NCBI GenBank assembly: GCA_023261645.1
Contig: JAHFOO010000005.1
Span: 1,565 to 65,564 of the forward strand
Length of the DNA: 64,000 nt
Reading direction: 5' to 3'
From: Candidatus Moraniibacteriota bacterium
GTDB lineage: Bacteria > Patescibacteriota > Minisyncoccia > Moranbacterales > UBA1568
The stretch's first letter is position 1. Each line of letters starts with the position of its first letter. The position numbers and the translations under genes are program-made. Positions 46,601 to 56,515 of the stretch are shown in pieces. Below the pieces are notes generated by a model. It searched no databases. It was not told the DNA's origin and was given only the letters and a program-made list of their open reading frames with translations.

Positions 46601-47917
46601 TCACACATTCTCCCATTCTGCCGGCTCGATGAATGGACGACGTCGCCATTCCTCTGATTGACAACAAAGGAGCTTCTCTCTCGCACTGGGATCCATCAGG
46701 AGTGCTTCGGTGATTTTTTCCATCCGCATACCTCTCGAACCCTTGATGAGAATCAGATCTTCGGAACGGACGATACTTGGCAGACTCTCAAGTATTGAGG
46801 ACGGGGAAGGAAACCAGTATGCCTGACGACTTGGGAAGCCCGATGAAAGCAAAGCATCATACAAGGATCGCATATGCTTCCCGACAGTCACAACAATCTG
46901 CGCGCCTGAAGCCACGATATCTGTCACGAGTATCGTATGTTCTTGTGTTGCATCCGCACCGAGTTCCAACATATCACCCAGAATCACTACTTTCCGCGGT
47001 GCCATAAATTCTCCCAATGTCTCCAGTGCCGCTCTCGTTGAAACCGGAGAAGCATTGTACGTATCATCGAGAAGTATCATCCCATTCTTCCCAGGAAGAA
47101 GACAGAGCCGTCCAGGCAATGGTTCGAAATTTTCGAGAGCTTCTGCGATTTCCACTAAATTCATTTTCAGTGCCACTCCGACTGCTGCCGCTGCCAAAGC
47201 TCCTGGAATATGATGTCTGGCGATGATTTTTGGCAAACGCACAGGGATTGTTTTCCCTTCATAGTTCAACTTGAAACTGAATCCTTCCACTCGCTTCACA
47301 TCACGATGAAACAAAAGATTATCGGCACGGAGCATTGCATCCAGACCGAAACCGTAGGTGAGAGCCTTGGCCCTCGTTTTCTCTTGCATCTTTACAACAT
47401 TCTTATCATCAGAATTGAGAATGGCGAAACCATCCGGAGGAAGAGCTGAAAGCAGTTTGCTTTTCTCTTTCGCGATATTCCCAATCGATCCGAAGAAAGC
47501 GATATGGCTGGAAGAAATCTGTGTCACCACTCCGATTTTCACCGGAACAAAACTGAGGAGATATTCCATATCCAAAGGACGATCGATCCCCATTTCAAGA
47601 ACGAGCACTTCCGGATAACGCACGGGGAAAATCACCATCCATAGCCACTTGCAAACTATCTTTCCCCAAGCAAAAAGGGATGACTTTCCGCTCTTCGTAC
47701 CTATGATAGTGAGTGGTATGCCGATTTCATTGTTATAATTTCCTTCCGCTTTGCGTATGAAATACGTCCGCGACACGATCAGCGCTATCGCCTCCTTGGT
47801 CGAACTTTTGCCTACTGATCCGGTGATACCGATGATAATCGGATGATATTTCCGGAGTACCACACGCGCCATAAAACGCAAAGCTCTTTCAAGTAATTTC
47901 TTTTTGTTCACATTCAT
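46601..47917 (-). CDS. murF: UDP-N-acetylmuramoyl-tripeptide--D-alanyl-D-alanine ligase
   Basis: Mur ligase P-loop GITGSVGKSSTKE and an overall three-domain layout. Confidence 0.85.
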   Translation of the reverse strand: MNVNKKKLLERALRFMARVVLRKYHPIIIGITGSVGKSSTKEAIALIVSRTYFIRKAEGNYNNEIGIPLTIIGTKSGKSSLFAWGKIVCKWLWMVIFPVRYPEVLVLEMGIDRPLDMEYLLSFVPVKIGVVTQISSSHIAFFGSIGNIAKEKSKLLSALPPDGFAILNSDDKNVVKMQEKTRAKALTYGFGLDAMLRADNLLFHRDVKRVEGFSFKLNYEGKTIPVRLPKIIARHHIPGALAAAAVGVALKMNLVEIAEALENFEPLPGRLCLLPGKNGMILLDDTYNASPVSTRAALETLGEFMAPRKVVILGDMLELGADATQEHTILVTDIVASGAQIVVTVGKHMRSLYDALLSSGFPSRQAYWFPSPSSILESLPSIVRSEDLILIKGSRGMRMEKITEALLMDPSAREKLLCCQSEEWRRRPFIEPAEWENV

Positions 47918-47926
47918 AAAAGGGTA

Positions 47927-49702
47927 TTACATCTTTACCGGCACTTCTTCTGTCGGTTTGATCTTGGCATACTCTAACAGAAATTTCATAATCTGACTAA
48001 ATGTCGGCGCAGCGCTTGATTCTGCCCATTCCACATTTTTTGGATTATCCAGTTTCACCAATACGACGAAGCGTGGATCATCAAGTGGCGCATATCCGAC
48101 GAAGGAACCGATACTCAAGCCGTCCTCATATCCTTTCGCACCGCTCTTGACCACTTGAGCGGTACCCGTTTTCCCGACGACTTGATAGCCGGGAACATCT
48201 GCTCGTTTCCCGTGTCCATTGACAACGACGCTTCGTAACATCGTACCGATAGTGCGGCTCGTCTCTTCGCTCAGGACTCGACGGATTACTTCCGGTTGTA
48301 TCTTCTCTTCCTGACCATCAGGATGAATGATGCGATCTATGATGTTCGGTTTGATGAGTTTGCCTCCGTTGGCGAACACCGCATAGGCATCAAGCATCTG
48401 AAGCGGTGTCGTCGTCACCCCCTGACCGAACGATGCCGTGAAAAAACTGATACTGGAACGAGTGTTATCCAGATTCCTTGTACTCCCCGCAAGTTCTGCC
48501 GGCAAGTCTATATCCGTCCGTTTCCCAAAACCGAATCGTGTGAAATAATCACTGAACGTCTGATTTCCGATAAGTTTTTCGACGTAAATCACGCCCGTAT
48601 TGATAGACTGATCCAATACTTTCGTCATCGTACTTCTCCCATATACCTTGTCCTCCGAATTGTGAATCACATACCCGGCGATACTTTCTGATCCGGTATC
48701 AACGAATTCCGTCGTCGGCGATACCTTCCCTTCTTCGATACCCATAGCCATAGTGACAGGCTTCATCACCGATCCCGGTTCGTACGTCATACTGACAGCC
48801 GGATTGAGAAATACCGAGTAATCTTTTTCTTCCGAGTAATTGTTCGGATCGAACTGTGGAAATGATGCCATAGAGAGAATATTCCCTGTTTTCGGATCCA
48901 TCACGATTGCACTGGCGCTATCCGCCGCATATCTCTCGACAGAATCCTTGAGGATTTTCTCGGTCTCATACTGGATGACACGATCGATAGTAAGTAGCAG
49001 GCTGTCACCATCTTTCGGAGATACGATCAGCCGATCAGAAAGAGGGAGCCATCTTCCGGCAGCATCTTTCTCTTGTGAAACGGTACCTGTCTCGCCTCGC
49101 AAAATACTATCCTTCGATGATTCTATGCCATAACCACCTCCTCCGCCACTCTCTCCCAAACCCGTAAATCCGATCACTTGTGAAGCCAATTCTCCTGCCG
49201 GATAATAACGATATTTTTCCGGAAGAAAGGCTATCCCCTTCAGGTTCAATTCATTAATACGCGCTATCTCATCATCATTCAAACGTTTCTTGATGATTTC
49301 AAAAGGATCATTCGGACGATCGAGTTTGTCCTTGATCGCACCCGCATCCAATCCCAAGATACGCGAGAGTTCCAAAGCGGTTCGATCTTTTTCCACGACA
49401 TCTTTCGGCGATGCATAAACCATCTGATACTCACGATTCACCGCCAAAGGATAACGATCTTCACCATCATGAATATACACTTCTCCGCGATCAGCAGAGA
49501 GTTCCTGGGAAGCATTGTGCTGATTCTCAGCAATCGCCACCCATTTATCATGACTAACTACCTGAATGAAATAAAGACGTACTATCAAAAATGCACCGAC
49601 AAGAAATATTCCTCCCATAATAACGCCAACACGATCAAATTTTTCTCTCGGACTGGCCTCTCTCTTTGCTCTTTTCAATTGCACATTTCCGGGACGTTGC
49701 AT
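47927..49702 (-). CDS. ftsI: peptidoglycan D,D-transpeptidase FtsI (PBP3-like)
   Basis: TM helix plus a transpeptidase domain (SVMKPV ... KTGTAQ). It lies in the dcw cluster. Confidence 0.85.
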   Translation of the reverse strand: MQRPGNVQLKRAKREASPREKFDRVGVIMGGIFLVGAFLIVRLYFIQVVSHDKWVAIAENQHNASQELSADRGEVYIHDGEDRYPLAVNREYQMVYASPKDVVEKDRTALELSRILGLDAGAIKDKLDRPNDPFEIIKKRLNDDEIARINELNLKGIAFLPEKYRYYPAGELASQVIGFTGLGESGGGGGYGIESSKDSILRGETGTVSQEKDAAGRWLPLSDRLIVSPKDGDSLLLTIDRVIQYETEKILKDSVERYAADSASAIVMDPKTGNILSMASFPQFDPNNYSEEKDYSVFLNPAVSMTYEPGSVMKPVTMAMGIEEGKVSPTTEFVDTGSESIAGYVIHNSEDKVYGRSTMTKVLDQSINTGVIYVEKLIGNQTFSDYFTRFGFGKRTDIDLPAELAGSTRNLDNTRSSISFFTASFGQGVTTTPLQMLDAYAVFANGGKLIKPNIIDRIIHPDGQEEKIQPEVIRRVLSEETSRTIGTMLRSVVVNGHGKRADVPGYQVVGKTGTAQVVKSGAKGYEDGLSIGSFVGYAPLDDPRFVVLVKLDNPKNVEWAESSAAPTFSQIMKFLLEYAKIKPTEEVPVKM

Positions 49703-49748
49703 ATGTCTTTTCTTCTACGAATCATCAATCTCCAGAAAGTCCCCACGG

Positions 49749-50090
49749 TTATTTCAAGGCAACCGGTCCTCGTTCTTCAAGATAGACAGCAGTATCCACT
49801 TTTTCCATTTTGAGATCTCCTTCCGCCGTCTCGATACGATAAAGTGATCGCAAATCCGCTTCGGAAATCTTGAGGTTTGCATTGTCTTGTTTGAGCTTGC
49901 TTATTTCTTTCTCCAGCGTTCTCATATGATATCCCTGCACCGCACTCTGATTCACAGAATAGAGATAGCCCCCGCCGATGACGAAAATAACCAGGAGCAC
50001 ACCAAGCATCATTATGTGCACTGAACCAGGAAGTTCGCCAGTGAGCTTTCCTCTTTTTGCGTGTGTTGTCTCACGACAATGTATTTGCAT
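49749..50090 (-). CDS. ftsL: cell division protein FtsL-like (single TM plus coiled coil)
   Basis: 113 aa with a TM helix MMLGVLLVIFVIGGGYL, then a leucine-zipper-like LEKEISKLKQDNANLKI. It sits between rsmH and ftsI. Confidence 0.6.
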   Translation of the reverse strand: MQIHCRETTHAKRGKLTGELPGSVHIMMLGVLLVIFVIGGGYLYSVNQSAVQGYHMRTLEKEISKLKQDNANLKISEADLRSLYRIETAEGDLKMEKVDTAVYLEERGPVALK

Positions 50091-50104
50091 ATAATTTTAT
50101 TTTT

Positions 50105-50126
50105 ACCTGCCTGCCGGCAGGCAGGT
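50105..50126. repeat. perfect 22-bp palindrome flanked by homopolymer tracts
   Basis: ACCTGCCTGCCGGCAGGCAGGT with TTTTT on one side and TTTTTTT on the other, on the plus strand. On the coding (minus) strand it reads as an A-tract, a hairpin, then an A-tract. Confidence 0.6.
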
Positions 50127-50164
50127 TTTTTTCTGAGACCAGGGAAAGAATTTTATTCCCCTGA

Positions 50165-51124
50165 TCAGAGCTTTTCCGCTATCCTCAATTTGGCACTGCG
50201 GGCTCGCGGATTATTTTTCACTTCTTCATCTGTCGGTATGATCGGTTTTTTCGTAAGTATCTTTATTTTCGGTTCATTCCCGCAACGACAGACAGGGAAC
50301 CCCGGCGGACAAACGCACCCCATCGCTTGCTTTTTGAAAAACTGTTTTACGATTCGATCCTCTCCGGAGTGGAACGTGATCACGGCGACTCTCCCACCCG
50401 TCTTCAATCGTTCTACCGCCTGCCTGAGGAACTGCTCCAAATGCTCCGGTTCTTGATTGACTGCTATACGAAGAGCTTGGAACGTCTGTGTGGCCGGATG
50501 AATCTTCATCCTTTGTCTCTTCCCTTTGGGATAAACTTTCTCGATACTCTCTCGCAATTCATCGGTCGTCGTGAATGGTTTTTCTCCTCTCACACTGACG
50601 ATTGCTGATGCGATGCGCCTACTCTCGCTCTCATCTCCATATTCACGGAGAATGCTTGCGATTTTCTCAAGAGAAAATGTATTGATGATCTCTCCTGCCG
50701 TAAGCTTTGTTTCCTGATTCAACCGCATATCGAGTGGTCCACTCTGTGAGAAGCTGAATCCTCGATCACCAGCTTCTATCTGATCCGAAGAGAAACCCAG
50801 GTCGGCGAGGATAGCATCGACCGATTCGATACTTTCGTTTTCAAGAACCTCTCCGAGACAAGAGTAATTCTTGTGTACGAGCACAAGTGCCTTTTCTCGA
50901 AGTGCCTGACAAAACAGATCATCTGTCTGTGCCAGCGTACGGAAAGACTCGAGCGAGGAGAGATCGGCATCGATGGCGATGACCGTACCCCCCGGTAACA
51001 CGCGTTTCAATATTTCTCGCGTATGACCGCCGCCGCCGAGCGTCGCATCTACGACGACAGCTCCTTTCTTAAGGTACAAACCTTCCATAACCTCTCTGAG
51101 CAATACCGGAATATGTCTTGTCAT
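50165..51124 (-). CDS. rsmH: 16S rRNA (cytosine1402-N4)-methyltransferase
   Basis: The N-terminal HIPVLLREV is the RsmH/MraW signature. The start was reset to MTRHIPV. Confidence 0.9.
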   Translation of the reverse strand: MTRHIPVLLREVMEGLYLKKGAVVVDATLGGGGHTREILKRVLPGGTVIAIDADLSSLESFRTLAQTDDLFCQALREKALVLVHKNYSCLGEVLENESIESVDAILADLGFSSDQIEAGDRGFSFSQSGPLDMRLNQETKLTAGEIINTFSLEKIASILREYGDESESRRIASAIVSVRGEKPFTTTDELRESIEKVYPKGKRQRMKIHPATQTFQALRIAVNQEPEHLEQFLRQAVERLKTGGRVAVITFHSGEDRIVKQFFKKQAMGCVCPPGFPVCRCGNEPKIKILTKKPIIPTDEEVKNNPRARSAKLRIAEKL

Positions 51125-51232
51125 AATTTCTAATTCCCAATTTCTAATTTCTAATAAATTCTTAAATTTCAAATTAAGATTTTTTGTTTTTATTAGGTAT
51201 TAGATATTAGGTATTAGATATTAGATATTCAT
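51125..51232. promoter_or_regulatory. AT-rich intergenic module (same family as 781-857 and 28861-28986) with a tandem 14-bp repeat
   Basis: AATTTCTAATTCCCAATTTCTAATTTCTAAT at 51125-51155. ATTAGGTATTAGAT x2.5 at 51190-51228. Lies between the mraZ stop and the rsmH start. Confidence 0.4.
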
Positions 51233-51667
51233 TTAATAGATTCCCAATTTACCCAAATCTTCCGCGATTTTGCCGGTATTCTTCTCTGCCTGACCCTTGT
51301 ATTTATTCCATCTCGTTGTGTCCCAGATTTCCAATCGGTTGAAGAGTCCGACAATCGTCACGTCTTTTTTCAAACCACCATCCTTTTTCAAATATTCAGG
51401 GAGGAGAATTCTTCCTTGGTTATCAAGCTCTACGTCCGTCGCTCCGGCAAGCATCACACGAATGAAACTCCGTGTGCCCGCTTCACCGACCGGCAATGTA
51501 CCGAGTTTCGATGCCAATTCTTCCCACACTTTCATCGGATATACGAAGAGACAATTATCGAGTCCACGTGTCACGACTACTTTGCTTCCGAGTTCCAAAC
51601 GAAACTTCGAAGGAAGCGCCAGACGCTTCTTTGGATCTATGGTATGTGAATATTCTCCGATAAACAT
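51233..51667 (-). CDS. mraZ: transcriptional regulator MraZ
   Basis: 144 aa starting MFIGEYSHTIDPKKRLALPSKFR, with two SpoVT/AbrB-like repeats. Confidence 0.9.
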   Translation of the reverse strand: MFIGEYSHTIDPKKRLALPSKFRLELGSKVVVTRGLDNCLFVYPMKVWEELASKLGTLPVGEAGTRSFIRVMLAGATDVELDNQGRILLPEYLKKDGGLKKDVTIVGLFNRLEIWDTTRWNKYKGQAEKNTGKIAEDLGKLGIY

Positions 51668-51767
51668 ATCTCTGCATTTTCTATTATTTTCCCCACTTCA
51701 ACCCACATTGATTCAACATGTCCCCATTTTACGCCACCCTATGGGAACCGTCAACATACAAGTTATG

Positions 51768-51798
51768 CACCAAAAAAATGGCTGTTTTTAGCCATTTT
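51768..51798 (-). terminator. Rho-independent terminator downstream of the EEP-family gene and upstream of mraZ
   Basis: Hairpin AAAATGGCT-gttttt-AGCCATTTT. On the minus strand it is followed by TTTTTTTGG. Confidence 0.7.
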
Positions 51799-51836
51799 AT
51801 AAATACCTGGTGCACAAAAAATAATCTATCCTATTA

Positions 51837-52556
51837 TTACCGAACGAGTGCCTGTAAAATCGGGTGAATATCCGTTATTTCCAAGATAAGTGGCAGATGA
51901 TCAGAAACTTCATTATCAATGACAGAAAAATTCTCCACCTGTACATCCTGACTGACAAAAACATAATCTGCATAGTATTGTCTCTTTCCCTGAAACCGAT
52001 CCCAGACGAGATGATTCCTCGTCATTTTTATATCAAAATCCTCAATAAGATTCCTATACCCGAACTCTTCGAACATTTTCACGCTTCTCGTATTTGGTAA
52101 CAGATTGAAATCTCCGCCGATAATCTTGGGACCGTTCTTCTCTCTCATAAAGTCGATCAACCTCTCTGATTGTTTCAATCTGTTCGGAGTGTCGAGCTTA
52201 TCACCGGGAAATGCTACACCATGAAAATTACAGATATGCAAAATTTTTCCCTTATACTCCATTTCCAAATATATTCCCAGTCCGCAACCTTTCTCTCTGT
52301 CAAAAAGAGTCTGGGAAGAAAGTACTTTCATATCTCCACGAATATATATCGATTGTGCAAAATCCTCATCAGAAACAATACACTTATCGGCCGTAATATT
52401 TCTATGATTCACAAATGTGCTTTGCCACAGAGAAACGGAATCACGATATGTTTCTTGCAGACAAAAAATATCTGTGTCTGACAGCTGTTCTCTCAGAAAC
52501 TCGGTCAGATTTTCCTTCATTTTTCCGTCCCAAGCATTCAAAAAAATAATCTTCAT
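51837..52556 (-). CDS. endonuclease/exonuclease/phosphatase (EEP) family protein
   Basis: IGGDFN and SDHLPL motifs. Confidence 0.6.
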   Translation of the reverse strand: MKIIFLNAWDGKMKENLTEFLREQLSDTDIFCLQETYRDSVSLWQSTFVNHRNITADKCIVSDEDFAQSIYIRGDMKVLSSQTLFDREKGCGLGIYLEMEYKGKILHICNFHGVAFPGDKLDTPNRLKQSERLIDFMREKNGPKIIGGDFNLLPNTRSVKMFEEFGYRNLIEDFDIKMTRNHLVWDRFQGKRQYYADYVFVSQDVQVENFSVIDNEVSDHLPLILEITDIHPILQALVR

Positions 52557-52584
52557 AGAAATTTTTTGAAGAGACTGATACGAA

Positions 52585-53985
52585 TTAAAATTTTTCGAGT
52601 AATTTCACAAGCAAACGAACCGGAGCCCCGGCAGATCCTTTGGAGAGAAATTCATCGGGCAGTGTCGTCATCCGTGGTGCAATATCGAGATGCACCCATG
52701 GATACGCTTTGTCGACAAATTGTTTGAGAAATACGGCTGCCGTAATCGCTCCGCCCCAGCGTGTCTTTCCGAGATTGGCGACATCACCAAATGTGCCTTT
52801 GATTTCTTGATCGTATTCATCCCACAGCGGGAGTGGCCACACATAATCACCACTCTCTTCGCCGAGATGACGGAAGAGTTGTTCCAACTTTTCATCTTGT
52901 GTAAAAAGCGCAGAAGCTCGTTCACCCAAAGCAACAAGAGCCGCCCCAGTGAGTGTCGCCACATCGATGACCAAAGATGGGTCATATTTTTTCGCATAAA
53001 TGAGAGCATCAGCCAAGATAATTCTCCCTTCAGCATCCGTATTCAATACTTCGATGGTTTTTCCCGACATCGAACGGAGGATATCGCCAGGGCGATAACT
53101 TGAGCCCGATGCCATATTTTCCACGGCAGGAACAAGCGCCACAACATTCTTCTTCAGTTTCAATCGCGCGACAGCAGCCATCGTATGGATCACCGATGCT
53201 CCTCCTGACATATCCATATTCATACCGAGAATAGAATCACTCGGCTTCAAATTGATACCGCCGGTATCAAAAGTCACACCTTTGCCGACCAGGACAACTG
53301 GTTTATTTTTTCTACCAGAGACAGGCCTACCCGCTCCCCAATACTCCAAAATAATAAAACACGGTTTCGCTTCCGAGCCCATACCGACTCCCAATATCCC
53401 TCCCATCTCCCGTAGTGCCATTTGTTTCTCATCAAGGACAGTCACTTTCACTGACAGACCTTTGACCGAGGTCCTGGCATGACGAGCCAATATTTCCGGA
53501 GTCATCACTCCTCCAGGCATCGTTGCGATATGGCGGGAACGATTGACTTCTTTGCCGATAATCATTCCTCTTGCCACACCTTCCTTGATATCTTTTGAAG
53601 AAACATCAGTAAGGAAGATCGTTCGTATCTTCGGAAAACCATCTTTCGGTTCCGTCAGGAATTCCTGAAAAGAGAATCCTGCCATCAAGAAATTCATCAC
53701 GAGTAATTCTGCCACATCAGAAGCGTGCATTTCCAGATGTGTGAAGTGAAATTGTCTGAAATCGAGGACTATCTCGATATATTTTTTCGCCAGAGCTTCA
53801 CGTACCACTTTACGTGCCAAAAGAATGAGCGTGCGCCTGGTCATCATTTTTCGCTCGCCTATGACAAGTATCAGTGTTTCTCTTCCTTCTTCTCTCTCTA
53901 TCACACCATCCCTCCCTTCTTCTTCCAACCGAACGATCAATACTCCTCTCTTTGGCCTACCTGCTTCTCCGATCTTGATATTCAT
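52585..53985 (-). CDS. pepA: leucyl aminopeptidase (peptidase M17)
   Basis: NTDAEGRIILADAL signature. The start was placed at MNIKIGEAG, with GGAG upstream. Confidence 0.85.
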   Translation of the reverse strand: MNIKIGEAGRPKRGVLIVRLEEEGRDGVIEREEGRETLILVIGERKMMTRRTLILLARKVVREALAKKYIEIVLDFRQFHFTHLEMHASDVAELLVMNFLMAGFSFQEFLTEPKDGFPKIRTIFLTDVSSKDIKEGVARGMIIGKEVNRSRHIATMPGGVMTPEILARHARTSVKGLSVKVTVLDEKQMALREMGGILGVGMGSEAKPCFIILEYWGAGRPVSGRKNKPVVLVGKGVTFDTGGINLKPSDSILGMNMDMSGGASVIHTMAAVARLKLKKNVVALVPAVENMASGSSYRPGDILRSMSGKTIEVLNTDAEGRIILADALIYAKKYDPSLVIDVATLTGAALVALGERASALFTQDEKLEQLFRHLGEESGDYVWPLPLWDEYDQEIKGTFGDVANLGKTRWGGAITAAVFLKQFVDKAYPWVHLDIAPRMTTLPDEFLSKGSAGAPVRLLVKLLEKF

Positions 53986-54061
53986 AGTCTGTTTCTCCGA
54001 TAGAAAAATTATACGATACGCCGAAAAATATATTTTTGAAAGCAAAGTCCCAAAAAATTCC

Positions 54062-54550
54062 TTATTCCTTATTCATCTCTCGTATATCACGCAATATTTC
54101 CTCCGCGTGCCCATCAGGTTTCACATCCTCGTATACTTTCACGATCATTCCGGAAGGATCGATAAGAAATGACGTTCGGAGAATTCCCATATATTCCCGT
54201 CCCATAAATTTCTTTTTGGCCCAGACACCATAGAGATTCACCACCTTTTTTTCTTCATCTGAGAGAAGCGTGAACGGGAGGTCATATTTGGTGACGAACT
54301 TGGTGTGTTTTTTCACCGAATCGACACTCACTCCCAACACCACTGTCTGAGAGCGTTTGAATCTCGGGAAATTATCACGGAATTGACAGGCTTCAACGGT
54401 ACACCCCGGAGTATCGTCTTTGGGATAGAAATACAATACCACCCACTTGCCCGCATATTCATCGAGTGAATGCATAATTCCTTCTTGGTCCGGCAGACTG
54501 AAATTCTTGGCCTTAGTCCTTTTTTTCAAAAACATAGGTGTGTGTATCAA
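54062..54550 (-). CDS. bcp: thiol peroxidase Bcp / PrxQ-type peroxiredoxin
   Basis: PKDDTPGCTVEACQFRD with the peroxidatic Cys in a TPGC context. Confidence 0.8.
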   Translation of the reverse strand: MIHTPMFLKKRTKAKNFSLPDQEGIMHSLDEYAGKWVVLYFYPKDDTPGCTVEACQFRDNFPRFKRSQTVVLGVSVDSVKKHTKFVTKYDLPFTLLSDEEKKVVNLYGVWAKKKFMGREYMGILRTSFLIDPSGMIVKVYEDVKPDGHAEEILRDIREMNKE

Positions 54551-54615
54551 ATGATGTCGTATTGTAACACAAAATGAAAACCCCCGCCACGAACGATGTC
54601 ATAGCGGAGGTTTTT

Positions 54616-54906
54616 TCATATTGAAGCGTACACGAGTTGTTCAACTCTTCCGAATGATTTCGGCAGAGGCACGCCCCGCTCATTCCTCATCACCTTGATG
54701 AGACAGAGCGCCGAGATGGTTTTCCTTTCTTCCAAAAAGCCGATGACTCGAAGCAACATCGGATGCTCTTCAAAAAGGAAAACCTTCGTCGTCGAGAGGA
54801 ACGCTTCCAACACCTCGGGATAAAACCCTTCTGGGTTCATCTCTTTTTTCGATTCTACTTTCAAAACTACTCCTCTTTTAACTTCAAAAAATAAAGAAAC
54901 TCCCAT
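54616..54906 (-). CDS. hypothetical small protein
   Basis: 96-aa ORF with no recognisable motif. It is preceded by a roughly 370-nt non-coding leader. Confidence 0.3.
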   Translation of the reverse strand: MGVSLFFEVKRGVVLKVESKKEMNPEGFYPEVLEAFLSTTKVFLFEEHPMLLRVIGFLEERKTISALCLIKVMRNERGVPLPKSFGRVEQLVYASI

Positions 54907-55273
54907 TATTTTGGGGTTCCACTTCTATACCTGACGTATTCAGGCTTTAAACACGATAACACGAAAATAAGAGGGTGTCAACCCCACCCGCTTAAATCCT
55001 ATTCTGAATAGCAATTGGAGAGTGACCAAAAGCAATCTTTTGTCTCTGCTCCAGACTCAAAAGCTGTTCTTTGTATACGAAAAATATTCCCTCACTCTAC
55101 GGCATCCCCGCCCGCAACGCATTCGCGTAGCGATTCGGGCAGGCATAAGAAATTTTTCGAACAAAGAAAGCCGTCTCAGACAAGTGGAGCAACCAACAAA
55201 AAATTCTTTTGGTTACTCTCCTCTACAAGATTGGAGGGATTGCTATTCAAGGTAGAATGTAGACTATCTGTGA

Positions 55274-56515
55274 TCATTCTTTCTCCTGAATATTCAGGTA
55301 TTTCCGCCCCTTCAGTTTCTCGGGGAGATATTCCTGCTTCGCCTCTTCTTCATTCTTGAAATCCGGCGTATATTTGTAACCTTTGCCATAATCAAGATTC
55401 TTCATAAGCGTGGTCGGGGCGTTCCTCAAATGAAGAGGCACCGGTTCGTTCGGGAAATGCGCCACATCGTCTTTGACTTTTCCATACGCGCTATAGAGAG
55501 CGTTTGATTTCTTCGATTTCGCAAGATAGACCACCGCTTGTGCAAGATGGATTTCGCATTCCGGCATCCCGAGCATCTGGCAGGCCTGAAAAACCGCCAC
55601 TGCCTGCGGTAACGCGAATGAATTCGCCAACCCAACGTCTTCCGAAGCGAACCGCACCAATCTCCGTGCCACATAGAGAGGGTCTTCTCCTGCCTCAAGC
55701 ATCCGTCCAAGCCAATACAAGCCAGCGTCCGCATCGCTCCCGCGCATCGACTTATGGAGTGCTGAAATGATATTGTAATGCTGTTCACCGCCTTTGTCAT
55801 AGAGGATGTGCGAGCGCTCGACTATTTTTTCCACCAACTCCGGCGTAATATTCTTCGCACGTATCGCACAGGCCTCGAGAATATTGAGTGCCTGCCTGCC
55901 ATCACCGCCTGACACTTCTGCAATGAAGGCGAGCGTACTTTCTCCTGCTGAAATCTTCTTCTTCGCAAGCTCTGTATCGCTCGTCACTGCCCGTCTCAAA
56001 AGAAGTACCAATGTTTCAATGGTATGCCTCTCCAAAACGAGCACGCGTGTCCTCGAGAGGAGCGCAGCATTTACCTCGAAACTGGGGTTCTCTGTCGTAG
56101 CGCCGATGAGTGTCAATATGCCTGATTCTACGAAAGGAAGAAGAGCATCTTGCTGTGCCTTGTTCCAGCGATGTATTTCATCAAGAAACAGAATCGTTTG
56201 TTTGCCCTTTTTGTGATTCTCTTCTGCCTGAAGGAGTACCGACTGCAAGTCTTTCTTGCCACTGCTCACTGCAGAGAGAACGATGAATTCTGCCTGAAGG
56301 GCATGCGATAAAATTCTGGCCAATGTCGTTTTCCCGCTTCCCGGCGGTCCCCACAGAATAAGCGATGGCACCTGATTGTGCTTTATGGCATCACGAAGAA
56401 ACGAGCCCTCGCCGAAAACTTTTTCTTGACCGAGAAACTCCTCTATCGTTTTCGGACGCATCCGTTCTGCTAGTGGAATAGTGCTCATATGGCAATCGTA
56501 ATTCCGACGGGACAA
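55274..56515 (-). CDS. rarA: replication-associated recombination protein A (AAA+ ATPase RarA/MgsA)
   Basis: Walker [19 protein letters not shown] and Walker [17 protein letters not shown], plus the MgsA-type C-terminal domain. At about 413 aa it is too long for RuvB. Confidence 0.85.
   Translation of the reverse strand: MSRRNYDCHMSTIPLAERMRPKTIEEFLGQEKVFGEGSFLRDAIKHNQVPSLILWGPPGSGKTTLARILSHALQAEFIVLSAVSSGKKDLQSVLLQAEENHKKGKQTILFLDEIHRWNKAQQDALLPFVESGILTLIGATTENPSFEVNAALLSRTRVLVLERHTIETLVLLLRRAVTSDTELAKKKISAGESTLAFIAEVSGGDGRQALNILEACAIRAKNITPELVEKIVERSHILYDKGGEQHYNIISALHKSMRGSDADAGLYWLGRMLEAGEDPLYVARRLVRFASEDVGLANSFALPQAVAVFQACQMLGMPECEIHLAQAVVYLAKSKKSNALYSAYGKVKDDVAHFPNEPVPLHLRNAPTTLMKNLDYGKGYKYTPDFKNEEEAKQEYLPEKLKGRKYLNIQEKE

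Noticed and set aside
50105-50126. Palindrome as a terminator of the mraZ-rsmH transcript
   Set aside because: On the coding (minus) strand the hairpin is followed by an A-tract, not a U-tract. Termination there would also uncouple ftsL-ftsI from the dcw promoter. It is more likely an antisense terminator or a structural element.
55274-56515. AAA+ ATPase as RuvB
   Set aside because: Its length (413 aa), its C-terminal MgsA-type domain, and the absence of a RuvA/RuvC context fit RarA/MgsA better.
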